Shown here in pieces: positions 58,401 through 64,000 of a stretch of 64,000 nt of DNA. The stretch is from IMG/VR virus record IMGVR_UViG_3300013105_000023; one strand, given 5' to 3'. Within the stretch, counting starts at the first letter, position 1. Every line of letters begins with the position of its first letter. The notes beneath the pieces are model-generated. The model was not told where the DNA came from. It searched no databases and worked only from the letters and a program-made list of their open reading frames with translations. The stretch comes from an uncultured virus (IMG/VR IMGVR_UViG_3300013105_000023). Its lineage: Duplodnaviria; Heunggongvirae; Uroviricota; Caudoviricetes. Both the position numbers and the translations under genes were made by a program.

Positions 58401-58909
58401 TCGTGAACGGCGGTCCACGTGATACCAACACGTCTCCGACGCCAGGTGCTCCGATCACCAGCGATGAGAATGCGGCCAAGAGTCTGCCGGCCACGCCAAC
58501 CGTTCTGCCTAAACTAGGTAAGCGGTGCTCGGTAGGCGTACTGGACTCGTCTTCACAGTCGATTCTGGCCTCCTGTCACCCGGATCTGATTAAGGTCGTG
58601 ATGAAAGTCATCGAGACTCGCCCTGTGGTCGTCACCAGCGGTTACCGCTCTGGCGCCAAGCAGCAAGCCCTCGAGAACGACGCGTCGTCTTACGCTCAAG
58701 GTGCTGGCAACGGCTCTCGCCACCGTAAGTACCCGTCATGGGCGGTGGACATGGTGCCGTGCAACGATCTGCATGCATCTTCACGTGCGGTGATGAGTAA
58801 CTTCGCCCAGTACGTACTGCAAGTCGGGAACTCACTCGGCGTCAAGCTGCGTTGGGGCGGGAACTTCTCAACCTATGATCCGGTGCACTTCGACTTAGGC
58901 CTCGGTTAA
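55391..58909 (+). CDS. Baseplate hub protein with GH24 lysozyme insert and C-terminal M15-type peptidase
   Basis: Hub-like N-terminus (FRVYVEGVEIP) and NPFIIPGYP. Lysozyme motifs: EG..Y.D..TIGVGH, QGQFDALV..TFNVG, GLVTRR. Peptidase motifs: TSGYRS, SRH..AVD, WGGNF..DPVHF. Confidence 0.8.
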   Translation: MRLENSLGGDNIYTNFRVYVEGVEIPFSSANISNSYGGLPTATVYVAPWRGFTEITKGYFPKIQIFYRDFNQGLAPYDVKRLISTIPDIEGAEERLENAKETFNKVERNAYKLLFDGVIASVQDSKSLGGDGGQSSMAFNCVHPHYLLNEILFKFIGTNPETETAKDSAFGIMVDGGNVGSVFAIEQALAGVHEPRDGDKTLEAGGSDTSVLSEGMQDNYWRLQGMPGVIVAMWNSLKRSAYSAASQEDKSIMTKMYIPLLEDGLKYFNRMTGHPVIEGAIQKDAQIAPTPAPTVTQTAESNTTPTGKLPEPPKGTLGQKFMSDKGKKELIEFSEGRRYRLYDDATGKEITFAADAVGTPTIGVGHAVKKTDTTYDKVTLSDLDIDKLLSQDVASATQAVNNLGLTLSQGQFDALVDLTFNVGPGAKGGKDGALWQASGEPSTIVRLITEGNTQGAADGFLAWTKAGGSVSQGLVTRRSRDRSFFLDAPLPSSQELANQAAAAKGTTEEMSNNNGKLVPANLNGLMPRAMAEQLLHIMSNDLMSGGTGEVTSFGSFIQQFLQIIEYDHVILSSPAVLGIAGRREVIDHVFKPKMFAYYSPICNVILPHMYESMSVNLGTDQVPSRVIYNAMPFQADSAMNATTDVFAHNFIAPHSVRKALANGGNLSKTLLPMRATPGKYEWASGVRTADGNLPFWYSVLSQQSESANVGDLADKDTGARLKAAWLKLYPEDPNLNPWDVTLAGINAYERLFFTGVDVEYSNIYSSARSGVVDGVFNPFIIPGYPMDVVDPSPLRESYHGFCTSVNHSIDASGYSSTNIGMSSAYTFSELATCYIPGTYPWLLAQLKMDENLKMYGNTPAFQRACQYYVDVLGVGAADPTILEAYSTGRPIPVTRNMGVWEIGGSEAVNDPSRPTLYTTALGNLNLVARNISTLLDVQMEHSVLAETFVDIDMWNQGSPTVEEVRKGPWVNDGKTASSSTLRGRDMESSAFIDYEFDGETPDPIVNGGPRDTNTSPTPGAPITSDENAAKSLPATPTVLPKLGKRCSVGVLDSSSQSILASCHPDLIKVVMKVIETRPVVVTSGYRSGAKQQALENDASSYAQGAGNGSRHRKYPSWAVDMVPCNDLHASSRAVMSNFAQYVLQVGNSLGVKLRWGGNFSTYDPVHFDLGLG

Positions 58910-58922
58910 GGGTATAAGAAAT

Positions 58923-59213
58923 ATGGCTCAATACAGTGACATTTTGACCTACCCTGAAGGACTTCCGGCCCAGCTGCCGGAGTCCCAGGTGGTGGACCCA
59001 GATGCGAATCTGGCAGAAACCGACAAGATGAACGTCGTTCGGCGTTTTAACAACATGATCCCAACGGTGCTGATCTCTGACCAGCGTCTCTCGACGACCT
59101 CGAATGCAAAGGACTGCTTCGTGTACCGTCGGAATTCGCTCAAGCTGCAGCAACTGATGGTGGATTACTCGTACAACGTCGTGCGGGCGTTCAATTTAAC
59201 TCAAGAGGTGTAA
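58923..59213 (+). CDS. Hypothetical protein
   Basis: 96 aa ORF within the operon. Confidence 0.55.
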   Translation: MAQYSDILTYPEGLPAQLPESQVVDPDANLAETDKMNVVRRFNNMIPTVLISDQRLSTTSNAKDCFVYRRNSLKLQQLMVDYSYNVVRAFNLTQEV

Positions 59214-59214
59214 C

Positions 59215-59916
59215 ATGAATGATTTAGGCGACAAGGATCTCGAGCTATTCCACGCGTGGAAAAACACCGGGGATAAGAAGGCTCTGAAGAACCTGGTGAA
59301 CAACCTGAAGCCGATCATCCAGAGTGAGACGACGAAGCTCTCTGGAAGCTTGCCTGCCTCGGCCTTGAAAGGTGAGGTCGTCTCCTGGACGATTCGTGCT
59401 ATCAAGGATTACGATCCGAGCAAAGGCACCAAGCTGTCGACCCACGTCTATAACTGGACGCGTAAGGCCAAGCGCCTGAACTACACGTACCAGAACCTGG
59501 CGAACATGGGTGAGGACAAACAGCTGCAGTACGGCAAGTACAACCTCGCGGTGACCAACCTTGAGGATGAACACGGCCGGGAACCGACCAACAAGGAAAT
59601 TGGCCAACGGCTGGGCTGGTCGGAGAAAGAAGTCGAGAAGTATAAAGGCCTGATCTTCCAGGATCACTTTGAGTCCGGCAATCTGTACTCTGCCGAGCAC
59701 TCACGGTTCAACTCGGACCCGCTGAAACTAAACTACATTAGAGACAAGCTGACCCCGGACGAACTGAAGATCCTTGATGGACGAGCGAATAAGATCCCTG
59801 CGGGTGATATCGCTCAGTCACTCAACATGAACATCAACCAGTACAACTATGCGTCCGGTAAGCTGACAAGTAAAGTGCAGCAACTACTATCGGAGTATGG
59901 AACGTGGGACAACTAA
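59215..59916 (+). CDS. Sigma70-family sigma factor (compact, FliA/SigF-like layout)
   Basis: Region 2 RAIKDYDPSKGTKLSTHVYNW, region 3 GREPTNKEIGQRLGWSEKEV, region 4 LTPDELKIL..DIAQSLNM. Confidence 0.88.
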   Translation: MNDLGDKDLELFHAWKNTGDKKALKNLVNNLKPIIQSETTKLSGSLPASALKGEVVSWTIRAIKDYDPSKGTKLSTHVYNWTRKAKRLNYTYQNLANMGEDKQLQYGKYNLAVTNLEDEHGREPTNKEIGQRLGWSEKEVEKYKGLIFQDHFESGNLYSAEHSRFNSDPLKLNYIRDKLTPDELKILDGRANKIPAGDIAQSLNMNINQYNYASGKLTSKVQQLLSEYGTWDN

Positions 59917-60296
59917 CCGACATCCCTGGACTGGTCAAACAGCATTTCGAAAAGGTTTCGGGCTACTTCGGTAGCCTTTCGGGGTTCTTTGGGGACCCCG
60001 AGTCTCCTCCGAAAGACGCCAAAGACGCTATCCAGGGCGTGGACCTCTCAGGTCTGCGAAGAGCAATCCAGAGTCGTGTAAACGGCTCTGCCTCCACCGC
60101 CAATGCCGCCCTTTTAGATTCCTTTCGTAATATGGACTCCGTCGTCGCCGAAATGGGCCTGCGGAACATGTCACGGGCGGAGTATTACCGTGAGGCGGCA
60201 TCTGAAGCGGGTATCCGTGAGGCAAACTGGCAAAGCACCATGCAGGGTAACCTGTACAACTTAACGGGAGCCCGACCGGCTCCGAAGGATAGCTGA
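59904..60296 (+). CDS. Hypothetical protein
   Basis: 130 aa; GTG start after GGAG. Confidence 0.55.
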   Translation: MGQLTDIPGLVKQHFEKVSGYFGSLSGFFGDPESPPKDAKDAIQGVDLSGLRRAIQSRVNGSASTANAALLDSFRNMDSVVAEMGLRNMSRAEYYREAASEAGIREANWQSTMQGNLYNLTGARPAPKDS

Positions 60297-60802
60297 TGGC
60301 CCGCGTAGGCAATAGTGAAAACCTAAAGCAGCAAGACCGCTATGATCTGCTGCTCTTGAGCTTCCCCGACGGCTTCCCGAACTCCAAGCTGGAATTCACG
60401 CTTGGGGAAAACCCACGGAAGATCACCGGGCTGCAGAAAGTCGTCCAGGTGTTCATCAAGTGTTTGATGACCGGGCAAGGGAGCGACCCGATCTACCCGA
60501 AGCAAGGCACAGACTTCCGCAATTACGTGTGGTATTCTAACATCACCGAAAGCGCCACGGCGGCCCGGGCGGCGATCACGTCTGCAGTCAAGCAGGCGAG
60601 TGACCAAGCGAAAGCCATTCTGAACTCCTATCTGTATTCTGCGGAGTCTCAGCTGGAGAGCGTCGAAGTGCTGGATGCCGTACAGGGTAGCGAAACAACC
60701 ATCGTCAAGGTCCGCATCCTGACCAAAGCCGGCGTAGGCGCCCCGATCGCCCTGCCGTTTAACAGTACCGGTTTAGTCCTGAATGAGGTAACCAATGGCT
60801 AA
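60296..60802 (+). CDS. Baseplate wedge protein, gp25-like
   Basis: GLQKVVQ..IK.LMT..GS...P..GT motif. Confidence 0.7.
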   Translation: MARVGNSENLKQQDRYDLLLLSFPDGFPNSKLEFTLGENPRKITGLQKVVQVFIKCLMTGQGSDPIYPKQGTDFRNYVWYSNITESATAARAAITSAVKQASDQAKAILNSYLYSAESQLESVEVLDAVQGSETTIVKVRILTKAGVGAPIALPFNSTGLVLNEVTNG

Positions 60803-62384
60803 CGATATCTTTTCCGTAATGAGCTCGCTGGAGTTGTCAGCCGATGACGTCCAGCAAGCAGAAGTCTTCGCCCAGCAATATCTGGAGTCGAAGTTCCCGA
60901 CGGTCGACTTCCGTCAGGGCACCGGTGTGCGTGACTTGGTGATTCGTCCCAACGCGATGCTGATTGCTCTGGTCCGCAAGTACACCGAAACGTATTTCGA
61001 CAATGCCACCCTGGCCAACGTCACTGAAAGTACGCCGGCTGAAGTCGTTGACAACATCCTGTCGAACTTCTTCGTCACCCGTAACAGCGGTTCCTTCGCG
61101 ACGGTCCGCACACGTCTGTACTTCCTGTTCCAGAATGGGATTCCAAGCAACGTGAGCCTGCCGACGTCAGCGTTCTTCTCACCCGATAACACCCACATGT
61201 TCTTCCCGTCGGCTCCGGTCTTTGCCCAGCCGCTGAAGGACGGTGACACGCCGATCTCCGGAATGACCTACCTGCAGTACGATTCCTCGGAAGAACTGTG
61301 GTATTTCGACGCGGACATGTCCTCACAGACGTCTGACGAAGCGTTCAACGACTTCAAAGACAACGATCTGCTGTACTTCACGCTGTTCAACCCGTACTTC
61401 GTGAAAGGCAAGATCCTGTACCAGGACACGCCAGCCGTTCGTCAGGAAACTAACCTGGAGATGGTGGACCGTTCGTACAACTCGATCTCAACCCGTAACC
61501 TGATCAACGACCCGTCGATCACTTCGCGTCTGTATGACGTGTTCAACTACCTGCAGCGTATCAAGGTGGTGGGCATGGGTGATCCGGACATGTGGCGTGA
61601 CTACGTGCAGGTTGAAGGCGTCTTCGAGAACCTGCAGACCGAGAAGCTCGACAAGTTCCGCATCCACATTGGTGGTACCGTGGATATCTACGCTGACACG
61701 CCGTTCCGTACGTCTGTCGTGCAGTACACCACGAACGCAGCAGGAGTGATTGAACTGACCGGCGGAATCTTCGACATTGAACGCTCAACCCTGTCTGGTG
61801 GCGTGGATGCCGACCAGATTCCCCAGACGGCGACCGCGGCGATCTCCTACCCGAACACCACGGTGTACACCGATCACGTGCCACTCGTGCCGCAGAAAGA
61901 CTTCGGCCTGTCGGCGAAGCAGATCGTGCACATCGACTTCGGTCTGGACTACCCGAACCAGACGGCAAGCTTCGTGGTCCGCAAGTTCACCGGCCTGGAA
62001 GACATCCAGTCGTTCCTGGAAGATCAGCAGTCCCGTGTCGTCTGTGCAAACCAACTGGTCCGTGCCTTCGAGCCGATCCTGGTGAACGTGGAAGCCAAGG
62101 GTTACGAACAATCGTACTCGGCCACACAGATCTCTGCTGCCCGCAAAGCGATCGAAGACTACTTCAACCAGACTCCGGTTAATGGTACCATCTACGTCTC
62201 AGAGATTTATAAGCTGATTGGCGACGCCGGTTTGACCAGCATCAAGGCACCTCTTCCTGTGAGCGTTTACGCCATCGCGAAGGACTTGGTTGGCACCAGT
62301 GCGACGATCACAGACGGGTACACCGCAGGCAGCACGCAGCGTTTCTACCTGGATACCTTTACTGTTACTCCGGAGCCTAAATGA
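60795..62384 (+). CDS. Baseplate J/gp6-like protein
   Basis: DFRQGTGVRDL, R..G..A, ETNLEM..R and GGTVDIY motifs. Confidence 0.8.
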   Translation: MANDIFSVMSSLELSADDVQQAEVFAQQYLESKFPTVDFRQGTGVRDLVIRPNAMLIALVRKYTETYFDNATLANVTESTPAEVVDNILSNFFVTRNSGSFATVRTRLYFLFQNGIPSNVSLPTSAFFSPDNTHMFFPSAPVFAQPLKDGDTPISGMTYLQYDSSEELWYFDADMSSQTSDEAFNDFKDNDLLYFTLFNPYFVKGKILYQDTPAVRQETNLEMVDRSYNSISTRNLINDPSITSRLYDVFNYLQRIKVVGMGDPDMWRDYVQVEGVFENLQTEKLDKFRIHIGGTVDIYADTPFRTSVVQYTTNAAGVIELTGGIFDIERSTLSGGVDADQIPQTATAAISYPNTTVYTDHVPLVPQKDFGLSAKQIVHIDFGLDYPNQTASFVVRKFTGLEDIQSFLEDQQSRVVCANQLVRAFEPILVNVEAKGYEQSYSATQISAARKAIEDYFNQTPVNGTIYVSEIYKLIGDAGLTSIKAPLPVSVYAIAKDLVGTSATITDGYTAGSTQRFYLDTFTVTPEPK

Positions 62385-64000
62385 CCGACTACATCTCATC
62401 AGCCGATTTAAACGGCATCGGTGAGCGTGCTGCGGTGAAAGGGCAGATGGCCTATTACTATGGGCTGTCTGACTTTTGGTTGCAAATCTTTGCCGACCAG
62501 GACCTCGTGGATTCGCTCCTCGAGGTTTCAACCCAGCAGCTCGGCGACGTGTACGGCCAGTTCCTGCAACGTGCGGGGAATATCTCCCTGTCCACGATCC
62601 AGGAGTCGTACAACTCCCAGCTGAAGCTGTTCCTGTTCTCTCCGGGCGACGCCGTCGACGGTCTGACTGGCTCGGTCTTCAAGTTGCCAGAGCGTGTGAC
62701 GAACATCTCGTTCATCATGAACCGCCCAATGCTGCCGTCAATCAGCCTGTCGAAAGGCGTGCACTTTGAGATCAACGAAGACTTCACCGAGATCTCTTTC
62801 TACAAGCCGCTGGCCGAAATGGGCTTCCCACAGCGTGTGACCGAAGCCGGTGTCACCCAGTTTGCCCTGTGGGCATCGAACGTGTGCGTTGACGAGAACA
62901 TCATTTACTCCCAGTTTGGACGTGCCGTGGGCATGACGCCAGACCGGGCAATCGGGAACTACAAGGACTTCGTGAACGGGCTCTACTTCCTGTATTCACA
63001 CGGTCCCGTGATCAACTACATGCAAGCCGGTGTTAACCTGGCGCTCGGTATTCCCACCGTTCGTGCCAACGAAAAGGTCATGAGCGTGCTGCAGAACCCG
63101 ATCAACGGCCACTGGGAAATCCTGACCGCCACCAACTTCTACGATATCCCGTACGGATTCCAACCGGACGTGGCGGAAGGTGATGCTCTGGTTGAAGGCA
63201 CACAGCTGGTGAACTGGGTCGACATCAAGGACTACCAGAAGTCCGGCGAGTGGTGGTACAACACGTTCATCCCTGCCGAGCTGACCGGTGGTGTGCAGTA
63301 TCCTCCTGTGCAGCCGAACACCGATATGGCGTACATTATGCGTCAATACTTGCGTTATAACACGTTCATGGTACTCTTCCAGCAGACCGGCGTGGACATG
63401 CAAGGCTATTACACCGTATCGGATGTCATTTGGCGTGCCCGCCCGAGTCACACTTTCCCTGTGTTTGTCTGGAGAGCGCCAATGGGTGATGAGATTGTGA
63501 TGATCACCGATGACGACTTCGAGATGAACCAACGTGTTGATATTGAGGATAACATCTATGACACAGCTATTATCGACTTCGTCCGCGGAGACAAGAGCAC
63601 ATACTTTGACCGTGGAACCAACTTTTACAACCGCTTCCAAATCCCTGTTTACCATCAAGGAATGCTCGGAGATGCTCCAAAGCTGGGAGAATTCCGAGGC
63701 CGCAATGCAGATGGCACAGCACTCTCTGGAATTGGCGGCTGGGTTGATGAAGCGGGAGAAGCCGTCGATTCCGACATTCAGCGTATCGACCCCGTCCTCT
63801 CGAGCCGAGGATCTATGGCGGTCGTTCGCGGCCGTTCGACCGGTCTCCGCGGTAAGAGGGGTAGTGATACCACCGGATCAACCGGGCTTCTTCGCACTTA
63901 TGTGAATGCTGAAGGGCAGACGTTAGACCTGGACACGCGGAACATTGTCCCGCTGTACCTCTGCCACAAGGACGAGCTGGTGGCCAAACTGGCTAAAATC
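62381..64000 (+). CDS. Baseplate wedge/tail protein, 3'-partial (not in ORF track)
   Basis: ATG 62381 overlaps the previous stop; starts MTDYISSADLNGIGE and is in frame with sense codons at the window end (CHKDELVAKLAKI). Confidence 0.7.
   Translation, partial: MTDYISSADLNGIGERAAVKGQMAYYYGLSDFWLQIFADQDLVDSLLEVSTQQLGDVYGQFLQRAGNISLSTIQESYNSQLKLFLFSPGDAVDGLTGSVFKLPERVTNISFIMNRPMLPSISLSKGVHFEINEDFTEISFYKPLAEMGFPQRVTEAGVTQFALWASNVCVDENIIYSQFGRAVGMTPDRAIGNYKDFVNGLYFLYSHGPVINYMQAGVNLALGIPTVRANEKVMSVLQNPINGHWEILTATNFYDIPYGFQPDVAEGDALVEGTQLVNWVDIKDYQKSGEWWYNTFIPAELTGGVQYPPVQPNTDMAYIMRQYLRYNTFMVLFQQTGVDMQGYYTVSDVIWRARPSHTFPVFVWRAPMGDEIVMITDDDFEMNQRVDIEDNIYDTAIIDFVRGDKSTYFDRGTNFYNRFQIPVYHQGMLGDAPKLGEFRGRNADGTALSGIGGWVDEAGEAVDSDIQRIDPVLSSRGSMAVVRGRSTGLRGKRGSDTTGSTGLLRTYVNAEGQTLDLDTRNIVPLYLCHKDELVAKLAKI

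Noticed and set aside
58911..58918. + strand GGTATAAG as a promoter
   Set aside because: It is only 4 nt from the ATG and may simply be part of the ribosome-binding region; not supportable.
1..64000. Assignment to a named phage, host or phiKZ-like nucleus-forming group; portal gene
   Set aside because: I recognised no chimallin, tubulin or portal motif in this window, and taxonomy needs a database search.

Overview
This window is part of a large tailed-phage (myovirus, probably jumbo) genome. The + strand carries a phage multisubunit RNA polymerase, encoded as a beta-beta'(N) fusion holding the catalytic AADYDGD motif plus a separate beta'(C) gene. It also carries an SNF2-like helicase, a head module (prohead protease, scaffold-like proteins, decoration protein, major capsid), three Ig-like surface proteins (one of 2689 aa), a holin-like gene, neck, sheath, tube, spike and PAAR genes, the large terminase, tail chaperones, tape measure, baseplate genes and a sigma70-family factor. 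Short minus-strand islands interrupt these blocks. The stand-out island (42456-47129) is a self-contained PRTRC-type ubiquitin-like conjugation operon. It encodes a head-to-tail di-ubiquitin-like precursor (two units each ending RRTGTKG), two unknown ORFs, an E2-like protein, a JAB isopeptidase and a ThiF/E1 enzyme, with its own promoter and an internal terminator. Other unexplained signals are a ~225-bp dispersed non-coding repeat with a 62-bp identical core, a pervasive hydrophobic-x-K-x-A motif in head proteins, two strand-specific promoter motifs, a truncated beta' paralog in the baseplate module, a -1 frameshift site and three coupled micro-ORFs. All calls come from reading motifs by eye; no database searches were run.
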